The position numbers were made by a program, and so were the translations under genes. Under the pieces are notes generated by a model. That model saw only the letters and a program-made list of their open reading frames with translations, made no database searches and was not told the origin of the DNA. Positions 47,716 through 57,772 of a stretch of 64,000 nt of DNA are shown here, one piece after another; position 1 is the stretch's first letter; each line of letters begins with the position of its first letter. This DNA comes from Planctomycetota bacterium (GTDB lineage Bacteria > Planctomycetota > UBA8108 > SXIK01), in contig CBDCXR010000004.1 in the NCBI GenBank assembly GCA_965223845.1, positions 2,624,001 through 2,688,000 of the forward strand. The letters run 5' to 3'.

Positions 47716-49443
47716 ATGCGTGACGTGCGGGCGAGATCCAAACCGTCGATCGAGCGCATCCTGTCAGGCCTGGATCGTGACTGGTTCCTAGGTGTCGGCG
47801 TCACGTTCCTCGGAGTGATCGTGATGTGCTCTCCGCCACGAGCGGCCGAGGCGCCCGAAGTCGAGCTCTGCGAGGCGGTCTCCGTCCAGCCGGGCATCGC
47901 GAGTGAGCTCGTCCTCCGCGGATCCACACTCGAAGAAGTCACCGCGGTTTGGTCGAGCTTTTCCGCCGCGATCGAGTGGACGCCGGCGGGGACGCCCGAA
48001 TCACCCGCGCTCGCGCTTCGCGTCCGCGCTCCGGCTTCGACAGCGGTGGGAGTCGGCGGTCTTCGCATCGCGACCCGCGCAGGAGCGTCGAGGATCATCC
48101 CCGTATTCCTCGACGACCTGTCGACCGCGAGCGCACCTTTCGCACCGGCTATCGACGCGGCGCGGACGATCTCACGAGGCTCAGCCTACAGCGGAGTCAT
48201 CGACTCACCACGCGGTGTGTTCGCTCGATTCCGCGCTCGCCGGGGCGAGCGCTGGACATTCGAGATCGTCGCCGCGCGTCTCGGATCACCGCTCGACCCG
48301 CTCCTTCGAGTGCTCACTCCCGACGGCCGCGAGCTAGCGTTCCGAGACGACGACCCGGGAACCGCGCCCGACGCCCGACTCGCGTGGACGCCCGCTGAGA
48401 GCGGCGAGTACATCCTCGAGATCCGCGACGCGACTTTCGCGGCCGACGCGTGTGCGTACTTTCGTCTCCGCTGCGGAGACTTCCCGCTCGCGACGAGTGT
48501 GTATCCCCTCGGCGCGCGACCTGGTGACGCGACGACCCTTCGCGTCGTCGGCGAATCGGGAGTCGACGCGCCCGCGATCGAAATCACGGTTCCCCGGGAC
48601 GCGAGCGGCCACCTGCCGCTCGCGGTCTCGCGCGCGGACGGACTGGGATCGAGTGCCGTAGAGGTCTGGATCGACGAGCTCGAGGAGCTCACCGAGCGCG
48701 AACCAAACGATCTCCCCGCAGCGGCGAACAAGACGGGCTTTCCCGCCGCGTTGAACGGTCGCCTCTCAGAACGCGGTGATCGCGACTACTTCTCGTTCAC
48801 CGTCGATCGACCAACCGCTCTCGCGTTCCGCGTGTCCACACGAAGCCTCGGAGTGCCGACGGACGTCGCCCTCGCCCTCCTCGACGCGGCTGGGGACGTA
48901 CTCGCTCGAGCCGTTCCGGTCGCCGACGACGACGGCACGCTCCGCCACGAATTCGCCGAGCCGGGAACGTATCTACTCCTCGTCCGTCAGCTCAACCGCG
49001 AAGGCGGACCGGGACACGCTTACCGAGTGGCGATCGATACGGATTCGCCGCGCTTCAAGCTGACGGCGCCGCGCGATCGCGCGGCCGCTCAACCCGGCGA
49101 GATCGTCGAGTTCGAGATCGCCTGCGATCGCTCCGCCGGGCGCACGAGCTCGATCACCCTCGCAGTCGAAGACGGCGAGCCGGCGGGATGGGAAATCGTC
49201 GCGGCGAGCATCGCCGAGAAGAAGGAAACCGGTGCGTTCAAGATGCGTCTGCCGGCGGACGCAGCCCCGGGGAGCCTCTACACGTTTCGCCTCAGCGGAA
49301 CGCCGGACTCAGTCGAAGGATCGCGTCCATCGTCCGTCTCCACTCGACCGGCACTGCGAAAACGATTCCCTCGCGTCCTCCGGCCCACGCCGGCGCTCGA
49401 CGGAATCTTCAGCGTCAGCGTCATCGGAGATGCGGGAATCTAG
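47716..49443 (+). CDS. PPC (pre-peptidase C-terminal) domain-containing secreted protein
   Basis: AARLGSPLDPLL, DARL.W..GEY..EIRD, YP.G..PG, EREPND, NGRL..GDRDYF. This family typically accompanies DUF1501/DUF1549 genes. Start uncertain. Confidence 0.8.
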   Translation: MRDVRARSKPSIERILSGLDRDWFLGVGVTFLGVIVMCSPPRAAEAPEVELCEAVSVQPGIASELVLRGSTLEEVTAVWSSFSAAIEWTPAGTPESPALALRVRAPASTAVGVGGLRIATRAGASRIIPVFLDDLSTASAPFAPAIDAARTISRGSAYSGVIDSPRGVFARFRARRGERWTFEIVAARLGSPLDPLLRVLTPDGRELAFRDDDPGTAPDARLAWTPAESGEYILEIRDATFAADACAYFRLRCGDFPLATSVYPLGARPGDATTLRVVGESGVDAPAIEITVPRDASGHLPLAVSRADGLGSSAVEVWIDELEELTEREPNDLPAAANKTGFPAALNGRLSERGDRDYFSFTVDRPTALAFRVSTRSLGVPTDVALALLDAAGDVLARAVPVADDDGTLRHEFAEPGTYLLLVRQLNREGGPGHAYRVAIDTDSPRFKLTAPRDRAAAQPGEIVEFEIACDRSAGRTSSITLAVEDGEPAGWEIVAASIAEKKETGAFKMRLPADAAPGSLYTFRLSGTPDSVEGSRPSSVSTRPALRKRFPRVLRPTPALDGIFSVSVIGDAGI

Positions 49444-49626
49444 AGGGGCGAATCGCTTGCAGGCGAGGCGATCCGCGCGCGCAAATCTGGTGCCCGATCC
49501 TCGGGGAGAGCAGCGGCAGACGGGAATCCACGCCTGGGGCGCTATCCTACTCGCCGCCCCACCCGTACAATCGGTCGGATGTACGGCCACGACGACCGAT
49601 TCCTCCCCCCTGCTGTGAGTCTCCCC

Positions 49627-50778
49627 ATGCACCGTCTTTCGACCCTTCTCGTTGTCCTACTCAGCACCGGCGCGACCACCGGATTCGCCGCGGAGGAGGC
49701 CGAGTGGAGCCGAGAGGCCGCGCTCGCCGAGATCGAAGAGCTCGTCAGCTCGCCCACCCAGCCCGGGAGCTCGCGGGAAAAGCGCGACAAGATCGCCGCG
49801 TGGCTGAAGCGAATCGAAACGACGAAGCTCGATCTCGGTGAGTCGTCCTTCGTCCGGGCGATCGCGCAGTTCTACATCAATCAAGCGCGAGCGGCGCAGG
49901 CGACGCTCCTCGGGTACCTCGAGACGCACTCCGAGTTCCCGCGCGGCCCCCACGATCGCTACCTCGGCCGCATTCTTCTCGGCATGACGAGCACTGCCGT
50001 CAGCCGGCGCGAGTTCGATAAGCTCGAGCTTCTCCTCCCACACGCCCTCGCGTTTCAGCGCGATCGGAAGCTCTTTTACCAGCGAGTCGGCGCGTCGCTC
50101 CGTCAGGCGGCGTCTCCCTCGAGCTTCAAGATCCTGAACGATCTCCTCCGCCGCCTTCTCGACGAGAAAGAGATCGACGACGTCGAGATTCAGAAGACGA
50201 TCAGCCTCATCTATGGGAAGTCGTTCAGCCTCGGCGGGGGCTTGACGGCGCGCGGCACGTTTCGCGGTCCGAAGCCCCTCCGTCCCTTCCGCGAAAAGGA
50301 TCTCGACGGGAAGGTGATCGATCTCGCCGACTATCGCGGCAAGGTCGTCCTCGTCGACTTTTGGGCGACGTGGTGTGGACCCTGTATTCGGGAAGTCCCG
50401 AACGTCGTCAAAACCTACGAGGACCTTCGCGATCAGGGATTCGAGGTGATCGGAATCTCACTCGACCGGCGCGGCGAGGAAGAGCGGCTCCGCTCGACCG
50501 CGGAACGCCTCGAAATGACCTGGCCGCAGATCTACGACGGTGGCGGCTGGCGGTCGAAGCTCGCGGTCCAAAACGGGATTCGGAGCATCCCCGCGACCTA
50601 CCTCGTCGATCGAGCGGGTCGAGTGCGCTACACGTCCCTCCGCGGTCCAGCGCTCGCCGAAAAGGTGAAGGAGCTTCTCGCCGAGGCGCCGCCGGAAGAC
50701 ACTCAAGAGAAGGCAGCGTCCGAAAGCGCGACGGACGAGGCGAAGCCCCAGGCTTCCGCCGGCGGGACGAGCTCATAG
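49627..50778 (+). CDS. TlpA-like thiol-disulfide oxidoreductase with long N-terminal helical extension
   Basis: Signal peptide; GKVVLVDFWATWCGPC, GISLD, IRSIPATYLVDRAG. Confidence 0.88.
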   Translation: MHRLSTLLVVLLSTGATTGFAAEEAEWSREAALAEIEELVSSPTQPGSSREKRDKIAAWLKRIETTKLDLGESSFVRAIAQFYINQARAAQATLLGYLETHSEFPRGPHDRYLGRILLGMTSTAVSRREFDKLELLLPHALAFQRDRKLFYQRVGASLRQAASPSSFKILNDLLRRLLDEKEIDDVEIQKTISLIYGKSFSLGGGLTARGTFRGPKPLRPFREKDLDGKVIDLADYRGKVVLVDFWATWCGPCIREVPNVVKTYEDLRDQGFEVIGISLDRRGEEERLRSTAERLEMTWPQIYDGGGWRSKLAVQNGIRSIPATYLVDRAGRVRYTSLRGPALAEKVKELLAEAPPEDTQEKAASESATDEAKPQASAGGTSS

Positions 50779-50847
50779 TTCATGGATCGCGCCGGTGCGA
50801 GGCTTGAGCTCGGGGCCGTGACCTCGGGCTTCGATGCTGCGAGCTAG

Positions 50848-52863
50848 TTAGTCTTCACGATTCGACAACCGCTCCGCGACGACCTCGGCGACGTCGAGGA
50901 CATCGACCTCGCTCTCGCCCGCTTTCGCCGCGTCCCGAAGCATCGTCATACAGAAGGGACAAGAGACGGCGACGGCATCGGGCTGAGTCGCTGCAAGCTG
51001 CCGCCAGCGCTCCTCGTTCACGCGCGTCCCCTCTTCTTCGAGGAACATCCGGCCCCCGCCCGCACCGCAGCAGAAGCCGCGTTCGCGCGTCTCCGCCGGC
51101 TCGACGACGTTCGCCCCGGTCGCGGCGAGCGCGGAACGAGGCGCCTCGTACTCGCCGCCGTGTCGACCCAGGTAGCAGGCGTCGTGATACGCGATGCGCC
51201 TCTCCTCCGTTGCGAGATCGAGACTGCCGTCCGCGATCTTCGCCGCGATCCACTGCGAGTGATGGAGGATCTCGCACTCCCGGTCGAGTGAGGGGTACTC
51301 ATTCTTCAGCGAGTGCATGCAGTGAGGACAGGTCGTGAGAACGCGTCGCACGCTCGACCGGGCGAGGAGCTCGGCGTTGTGAGCGGCGACCTCGAGAAAC
51401 GTGAACTCGTCGCCCAGCCGCCGGGCGGGATCTCCCGTGCACCGCTCGCTCTTCCCGAGCACGGCGAATCGAACCCCCGTGTGACGAAGGAGAGTGACGA
51501 CCGCCCGCGTGACCTTTTGACGGCGCCGATCGAAGCTTCCCGCGCATCCGACCCAGAGGAGAAGCTCCGGCTCGGGCTCCTCTTCGAGCGTGGGGACGTC
51601 GAGCCCTTCCGCCCAGTCGAATCGCTCGCTCGCCGGGAGACCCCACGGATTCCCGGACGCTGAGATCGACCGGAGTGCGGCCTGCGCCCCGCCGCGCACT
51701 TCGCCCTCACCGACGAGAAAACGGCGCATCTCGCCGATCGCACCGAGGGGGTCGATCAGTACGGGACACTCCGCGACGCAAGCAGCGCAATTCGTGCAGG
51801 CCCAGAGCGCCGCGGCGGGGACGACACCGTCGTGGAGGGAGGGCGCTTCGTTCGCGCCGGCCGGGACGCTACGCGCGGCGGCGGCGACGTCGAGGACGAT
51901 GCGCATCGGGGAGAGCGGCTTTCCCGTCGCGTGGGCGGGACAGGCGTTCTGGCAGCGCGCGCATTCGGTGCACGCCTGAAAGCTACGCCGCTCTTCGGGC
52001 GAGAAGTCGCGCGCCGAGCGGGCGCCGTACGTTCCCGACTCCTCGACTTCCTCGAGCGAGACGGCAGAGAGCCGATGGGGAAGGCGCCGATCGGCCGTCG
52101 CGACGTGAAACGGAGCGACGAGCAAATGGCGCAACTTCGAGTAGGGAAGAATCGCGATGAACGCCATCGAAAGGACCATGTGGACGTTCCAAATCGCGAG
52201 ATGGAATCCGGCGATGACGCTGGGATCCCAGGCGCTCACGCCGCGTGCGATCGACCAGCCGACGAAGGACCAGGACTCGAACGGAACGGCGTCGATTCCG
52301 CCGCGAGCACCGGCGATCCGGAGACCTTCCGTCGCAAAGCCGGTAACTCCGATCACCAGAAAGAGAGCGATCAAAGCCTGATCGATCGGTCGACTGAGCG
52401 GCCGCGCGTCGCGGGGACCGAATCGGCGAAAGAGCGCGATCAGAAGACCGACGAGAAAGGCGATTCCGAAGACTTCGAGAAGCGCGGAAACGACGAGATA
52501 GAAGTCTCCGTAGAAGAAGAGTGGCCTCGCGCCGGCGATGGCACTCCCGTAGTCTTCGATGGCGACGATACACGTTCCGATGAAGAGGACGACAAACCCC
52601 CAGACGACGAGCGCGTGCGACGCCCCGGCAATCGGCCGGCGCCAAACGTCCGACTGAAGGATGGCCCGCCGAAAAACGTTCGCGAGGACCTTTCGCAGCG
52701 GGGGCGACGGCATCGAGCGTTCGCCCTTCCTCCAGGAACGCACAACCGGGAGCATGCCTCGGACGAAGACCGCGAGCGCCGCCGCGAAGAGGATGTACAT
52801 GAGCCAGCGCGACCACGCCGGCACATTCCAAAAGATCTCTCGCGTGATGTCTTTCGGATCCAC
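50848..52863 (-). CDS. Membrane Fe-S oxidoreductase (FadF/DUF224-like: cytochrome b-like TM domain, two 4Fe-4S motifs, two CCG domains); probable ETF:quinone oxidoreductase
   Basis: TM helices with His (SHALVVWGF, WNVHM, KLRH), CTECARCQNACP, CTNCAACVAECP, ERCTGD..TTCPHC, YHDACY..FCCGAGGG..SCPFC. Confidence 0.9.
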   Translation of the reverse strand: MDPKDITREIFWNVPAWSRWLMYILFAAALAVFVRGMLPVVRSWRKGERSMPSPPLRKVLANVFRRAILQSDVWRRPIAGASHALVVWGFVVLFIGTCIVAIEDYGSAIAGARPLFFYGDFYLVVSALLEVFGIAFLVGLLIALFRRFGPRDARPLSRPIDQALIALFLVIGVTGFATEGLRIAGARGGIDAVPFESWSFVGWSIARGVSAWDPSVIAGFHLAIWNVHMVLSMAFIAILPYSKLRHLLVAPFHVATADRRLPHRLSAVSLEEVEESGTYGARSARDFSPEERRSFQACTECARCQNACPAHATGKPLSPMRIVLDVAAAARSVPAGANEAPSLHDGVVPAAALWACTNCAACVAECPVLIDPLGAIGEMRRFLVGEGEVRGGAQAALRSISASGNPWGLPASERFDWAEGLDVPTLEEEPEPELLLWVGCAGSFDRRRQKVTRAVVTLLRHTGVRFAVLGKSERCTGDPARRLGDEFTFLEVAAHNAELLARSSVRRVLTTCPHCMHSLKNEYPSLDRECEILHHSQWIAAKIADGSLDLATEERRIAYHDACYLGRHGGEYEAPRSALAATGANVVEPAETRERGFCCGAGGGRMFLEEEGTRVNEERWRQLAATQPDAVAVSCPFCMTMLRDAAKAGESEVDVLDVAEVVAERLSNRED

Positions 52864-52871
52864 GAAACTCG

Positions 52872-53918
52872 CTACTCAGAGCGCTCGCCGAGCTCTTCGA
52901 CGAGCTCGGGGAGGACGTCGAAGAGGTCCCCCACGAGACCGATGTCAGCGATGTCGAAGATCGGCGCCTCCGGGTCCTTATTGATCGCGACGATCGTCTT
53001 CGCGCCGCGCATGCCGGCGAGATGTTGAATCGCGCCCGACAGTCCAACGGCGAAGTAGACATCCGGAGCGACGATCTTTCCAGTTTGGCCAACTTGAAGA
53101 TCGTTTGGCAGCCAACCGGCATCGACGACCGCACGCGTCGCTCCGAGCGCGCCGCCGAACGCATCCGCGAGTTGCTCGCAGAGGGGGATGCCCTCATCGG
53201 GACCTCGAGTGCCGCGTCCGGCGGAGACGACGACGGATGCCTCTTGCAGGTCGGGGCGAGTCGCGTCCTCCCGCGTTCGACCGATGAGACGCTTCCCCGG
53301 ATGCGCGAGCTCACCCGGAAGCGAGAGCTCGCGGACGTCTCGCGGCCCGGCGTCGAGGTCGACCTCGGGGAAGGACGAAGCGCGCCCGGTCACGAGAATG
53401 GTCGGCGCCGTCAGCTCGGTCTCCGCGATCAAGTTTCCGCAGTAGACCGAACGGGCGAAGCGCACGGAATCGACGCCCGCGTCCTCGATTCCGACGACGT
53501 CGCTCGCGAGCGGAAGGTCGAGGCGACCGGCGAGACGAGGAAAGAGCTCGCGCGTCGCGGAGGTCGTCACCGCGACGATCGCGCGATAGGCCGTCGCGGG
53601 AATCTCGCTGTCGCTCTCGCCTGACGAGCTCGTGAATAGAGCCTCCAGCGCGCGCTGTCCGGCCTCCGCCGTCCAGGGATCGAGACCGGGGTGCTCAGCG
53701 ACGAAGACCGATCGTACCGACGAACATGCGAGACCCGCGCCGAGCGCGGCCGCGCCGGGGCCGATCGCGAGGACGTCTACGGCGCCGTCCCCGAGCTGCT
53801 CCGCGATCGTTCGCGCGAACCCGAGCGCGATTCGTTTGCGCTTCCCCGGCGGCTTCGCGCCCGAGGAGAGAACGACCGCGAGAACGTCGCGCGTGGCGTC
53901 TCTCTCAGCTTCCGTCAT
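52872..53918 (-). CDS. etfA: Electron transfer flavoprotein subunit alpha
   Basis: VVVSAGRG, GATRAVVDAGW, QVGQTGKIVAP, GLSGAIQHLAGM, AINKDPEAPIF. ATGA overlap with the etfB stop. Confidence 0.95.
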   Translation of the reverse strand: MTEAERDATRDVLAVVLSSGAKPPGKRKRIALGFARTIAEQLGDGAVDVLAIGPGAAALGAGLACSSVRSVFVAEHPGLDPWTAEAGQRALEALFTSSSGESDSEIPATAYRAIVAVTTSATRELFPRLAGRLDLPLASDVVGIEDAGVDSVRFARSVYCGNLIAETELTAPTILVTGRASSFPEVDLDAGPRDVRELSLPGELAHPGKRLIGRTREDATRPDLQEASVVVSAGRGTRGPDEGIPLCEQLADAFGGALGATRAVVDAGWLPNDLQVGQTGKIVAPDVYFAVGLSGAIQHLAGMRGAKTIVAINKDPEAPIFDIADIGLVGDLFDVLPELVEELGERSE

Positions 53919-54664
53919 CGCCTCGTCTCCAGTTCGGCGAGAAGAGCTGCGACCGAATCGACGACGACGCCTTTCGGCCGGGGTGGGAGTCCGCGGTATC
54001 CCGTCACGCGGACGCGACGCGTGCCGACATCGCCGCAATCGGCGAGCGAAACGACTTCGCGCGGTTTCCTCTTCGCCTTCATGATCCCGGGAAGCGACGC
54101 GTACCGGGGCTCGTTGAGACGCAGATCCGCAGTCACGAGCGCGGGGAGATCGAGCTCGACCTCCTCGAGCCCGTCGTCGACTTCACACGTCACGCGTGCC
54201 GTCGCCCCGTCCGGCGCCAGCTTTACGGACGATGCTTGACTCGCCTGCGGCCAATCGAGGAGGGCAGCGAGGAGCGACGGAACAACACCGCTCTCGTCGT
54301 CTACGGCGAGCTTTCCCGCGAGAACGAGGCTCGGCTGCTCGCGCTCGACGACCGCCTTCAGCGCCTTTGCGATCTGCGCGTGATCGAGCGGCTCCGTCGA
54401 GCCCGGTTCGACCCGAAGCGCCCGATCGGCTCCCATCGCGAGAGCGGCCGTCACCTGCTCCTCGGCCGCTTCAGGACCTACGGTCACGACGACGATCTCG
54501 ACTTCTGCCCCCGCCTCGCGGAGCCGAATCGCCTCCTCGACCGCCAGCTCGTCGAACGGATTGATCTCGAACGGGACCTCGTCGAGCTCGGGACGTCCGT
54601 CCGGATCGATCCGAATCTTCTGGTCGCGCTGCGGTGTGCGCGCGAGAGTCACGAGGATCTTCAT
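53915..54664 (-). CDS. etfB: Electron transfer flavoprotein subunit beta
   Basis: INPFDELAVEEAIRL, ALAMGADRA, AGKLAVDD, LNEPRYASLPGIMKAK. Confidence 0.95.
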   Translation of the reverse strand: MKILVTLARTPQRDQKIRIDPDGRPELDEVPFEINPFDELAVEEAIRLREAGAEVEIVVVTVGPEAAEEQVTAALAMGADRALRVEPGSTEPLDHAQIAKALKAVVEREQPSLVLAGKLAVDDESGVVPSLLAALLDWPQASQASSVKLAPDGATARVTCEVDDGLEEVELDLPALVTADLRLNEPRYASLPGIMKAKRKPREVVSLADCGDVGTRRVRVTGYRGLPPRPKGVVVDSVAALLAELETRR

Positions 54665-54860
54665 CTCTTCCTTCTTGCGACGAGTTCGGCCACCGGGAAC
54701 CACCATCGGCCGGCGATCCATCTCGGGTCCTTCGTCTCTTCGCCCCTTCGTCTTATCGGCAGAAGAGCGCGCAAGCGCGAGGCGCTCGCATTGTCGGAAC
54801 CAGGTACCTTCCTTCTACTCTCGCGACGATCTCGAGTACGCGCTAGCCTGCCCGGGCGAT

Positions 54861-55790
54861 TCATCCGATGAGCCAACGCCCCACCGCGTCACAAAAATCG
54901 CGCAGACCGTCTGACGCGCGGTCCACGAGGTCGAGCTGACGGAAAAACCCGTGCACCATTCCGCCGTACCGGACGTGCTCGACCTCGACGCCGGCGCTCG
55001 CGAGTCGCTCGGCGTAGCGATCGCCCTCGTCGAGAAGGGGATCGTACTCGGCCGTCGCAACGTACGCGGGAGGGAGTCGACCGAGATCGGGCTCGCGGAG
55101 CGGCGAGGCGTACGTCTCCGCTGCGCGGGTGAGGTCGGCACCGAGGAAGTGCTTCCAGAACCAGACCATCGCGTCCCGGGTGAGAATATAGCCCTCGGCG
55201 TTGTCGCGATAAGAAGTGGTGTCGAACGCGCAGTCGGTGACCGGATAAATGAGCCCCTGGAAGCGGAGCCGTGGACCGTCTGTGTCGCGCGCGCGAAGGG
55301 CGACCGTGGCCGCGAGGTGTCCGCCCGCGCTGTCTCCCGCCACGCCGACTCGGCTCGGGTCGGCGCCGATCTCTCGGCCGCTCCGGCTCAGCCAATCGGT
55401 CACGGCGAAACAATCGTCGAGCGCCGCCGGAAAGCGGTGCTCGGGCGCGAGCCGATAGTGCACCGAGACGACGAGCGCCCGCGACTCAGCGGCGATCGAG
55501 CGACACAGCGCGTCGTGCGTTTCGAGATCGCCGATGACCCAGCCTCCGCCGTGAAAATAGGCCAGTACGGGCTGCATGGGAGCGGCCGAGGCGCCGTAGA
55601 TGCGGACGGGAATCTCGCCGCCCGGACCGGGAATCGAACGATCTTCGACTCGCGCGAGTTCGGGACCGGGCGGAAGCCCCGCCGCGAGCTCTCGCATGTG
55701 CGCGCGGGCGTCCGTGGGAGTCGATTCTTCGAGCCGCGGCCCGTTCGCCGCGAGTTCGAGAAGCGGAGCGACTTGGGGATCGATGGCCAT
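54861..55790 (-). CDS. Hormone-sensitive-lipase family (family IV) esterase/lipase
   Basis: YFHGGGWV, YRLAPEHRFP, GDSAGG, EYDPLLDEG, GMVHGF. Confidence 0.93.
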   Translation of the reverse strand: MAIDPQVAPLLELAANGPRLEESTPTDARAHMRELAAGLPPGPELARVEDRSIPGPGGEIPVRIYGASAAPMQPVLAYFHGGGWVIGDLETHDALCRSIAAESRALVVSVHYRLAPEHRFPAALDDCFAVTDWLSRSGREIGADPSRVGVAGDSAGGHLAATVALRARDTDGPRLRFQGLIYPVTDCAFDTTSYRDNAEGYILTRDAMVWFWKHFLGADLTRAAETYASPLREPDLGRLPPAYVATAEYDPLLDEGDRYAERLASAGVEVEHVRYGGMVHGFFRQLDLVDRASDGLRDFCDAVGRWLIG

Positions 55791-55916
55791 CGTGTACTCA
55801 CAATGGGGTGGGAGTCCCCTCGATGCTCGGCGCAACCGAGCTGCGCGAGGGTCGTTGACTGAGGAAGTCTGCGGTGAACAATGTCTCCCGTCAACCTCCC
55901 CTGCGATCCCATCCCG

Positions 55917-56906
55917 ATGATCCGAGTCGACGGTCTCTCGAAGACGTTTTACGTCCACCGCAAGGCGCCCGGCGTCCTCGCGTCACTTCGCTCGCTCTTC
56001 AGGCGAGAGCGGATTCCGAAGTACGCCGTGCGCGACGTTTCGTTCTCTGTGAGTGAGGGCGAGATCGTCGGGCTCGTCGGCGCGAACGGCGCGGGGAAGA
56101 CGACGCTCGTCAAGATGCTCGCCGGGGTTGTCCACCCCACCTCGGGGGAGGCGACGGTCCTCGGCTTTCGTCCCTGGGAGCGCGACGACCGGATGCGCCG
56201 CCAGATCTCGCTCATCATGGGCCAGAAGGCGCAGCTGTGGTGGGACCTCCCCGCTGGCGACGGATTTCTTCTCCTCCGAGAGATTTACCAGATCCCACCC
56301 GCGGAGTATCGCGCGAACCTCGATTACCTGAGCCGCCTCCTCGAAATCGAGGACGAGCTCAACGTTCAGATCCGAAGACTCTCGCTCGGCGAGCGCATGA
56401 AGATGGAGCTGATCGCGGCGCTTCTCCATTCTCCTCGCGTCGTGTTTCTCGATGAGCCTACCATCGGGCTCGATCTCGCCGCGCAGCGAGCGATTCGCGA
56501 GTTCATCCTCGAGTTTCGGCGCGAGAAGAAGCCCGCGATGATCCTGACGAGTCACTACATGGAGGACATCGAGAGCCTCTGCGAGCGGATCATCATCCTC
56601 CGAGACGGTGTGATCGTGTACGACGGACCGCTCGATCGCGTGCTCGAGGACTACGCGGGACAAAAGCGGATCGTCGCTCAACTCAGCTCGCCGGGAGCGC
56701 CGGACGAGCTCCGCCGGCGCCTCTGTGATCTCGGAGTCGTCCTCGACTGCACCGCGACATCCGTCACGCTCGAGGTCGCCCGTCAGGACGTCGCCGCGGC
56801 GACGGGGACCCTCCTCGCGACCCTGCCCGTCGCAGATCTCGCGATCGAGGAGATCGACATCGGAACGGTGATCGAGAGAATCCTCGGAGAACGCGGTGAG
56901 AGCTGA
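55917..56906 (+). CDS. ABC transporter ATP-binding protein (ABC-2 exporter type)
   Basis: Walker A GANGAGKTT, signature LSLGERMK, Walker B VFLDEPT, SH switch. Alternative start at 55881. Confidence 0.93.
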   Translation: MIRVDGLSKTFYVHRKAPGVLASLRSLFRRERIPKYAVRDVSFSVSEGEIVGLVGANGAGKTTLVKMLAGVVHPTSGEATVLGFRPWERDDRMRRQISLIMGQKAQLWWDLPAGDGFLLLREIYQIPPAEYRANLDYLSRLLEIEDELNVQIRRLSLGERMKMELIAALLHSPRVVFLDEPTIGLDLAAQRAIREFILEFRREKKPAMILTSHYMEDIESLCERIIILRDGVIVYDGPLDRVLEDYAGQKRIVAQLSSPGAPDELRRRLCDLGVVLDCTATSVTLEVARQDVAAATGTLLATLPVADLAIEEIDIGTVIERILGERGES

Positions 56907-56930
56907 TTCGACGCCGGGAGCGAGCTAGCG

Positions 56931-57743
56931 ATGCGCATGCGACTCTTCTTCGCGGTTCTCGCGACCGAGGCGCGGAAGCTGATGAGCTACCGCGTCGACT
57001 TCTGGCTGAACGCCGTCGCGGGCCTCGCGGCCGGCGTCCTCGTTCCCTACTTCCTGTGGAAATCGATCTTCGCGCACGCGAGCGCAGAAACGATCGGTTC
57101 GCGGACCTTCGAAGAGCTCCTTCTCTACTACATCCTCGCCGTTCTCCTCGGACGGCTCGTGCAGGGCCCCGATCTCGTTCAGCACCTCGCAAACGATATC
57201 TACCAGGGTGAGCTGTCGCGTTACCTCGTCTATCCGACGGCGTATTTGCCGTTCAAGTACGCCCAGCACCTCGGCTTCGGCCTCACGGGGCTCATTCAAA
57301 TCACCGTTTTTGGGACTCTCTTCGCGATCGCGCTCGATCTCCCCGCCGGTGTGGTGATCACGCCCGGCGCGGTGGCGCGCGGGGTCGTCTCCGTGGCGCT
57401 CGGAAACCTGCTCTACTTCCTGATGGCGTATCCGATTCAGGCGCTCGCGTTCTGGGCGGACAACGTCTGGAGCCTCGCCGTGCTCCTCCGGTTCGTCGTC
57501 TCGCTCTGCGGCGGTCTCCTCCTTCCTCTCGATCTCTTTCCGGACCTGGCGCGCGAGCTTCTCCTCTACACGCCGTTCCCGTATCTCTTCTGGGGTCCCG
57601 TGCTGACCGTGACGGGCGAGCTCGGTCCGGTCGAATGGCTCCAGGGCGTCGGCGTATCGCTCGTCTGGATCTTCGTCATCTACGCGCTCGGCCGCGGAAT
57701 CTGGCGGCGCGGGGAATTTCAGTACACCGGAGTCGGCATGTAA
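56931..57743 (+). CDS. ABC-2 family transporter permease (DUF990-like)
   Basis: YR.DF, I..GEL..YL..P, G.LLPLDLFP, PF.Y, C-terminal Y.GVG; about 6 TM helices. Confidence 0.88.
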   Translation: MRMRLFFAVLATEARKLMSYRVDFWLNAVAGLAAGVLVPYFLWKSIFAHASAETIGSRTFEELLLYYILAVLLGRLVQGPDLVQHLANDIYQGELSRYLVYPTAYLPFKYAQHLGFGLTGLIQITVFGTLFAIALDLPAGVVITPGAVARGVVSVALGNLLYFLMAYPIQALAFWADNVWSLAVLLRFVVSLCGGLLLPLDLFPDLARELLLYTPFPYLFWGPVLTVTGELGPVEWLQGVGVSLVWIFVIYALGRGIWRRGEFQYTGVGM

Positions 57744-57772
57744 GACGGGGCGATGGACCCGTCCTTGTGACA

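Noticed and set aside
50806-50830. Hairpin between the convergent TlpA and Fe-S oxidoreductase genes
   Set aside because: The stem depends on several G-U pairs and has no U-tract; too weak to call a terminator.
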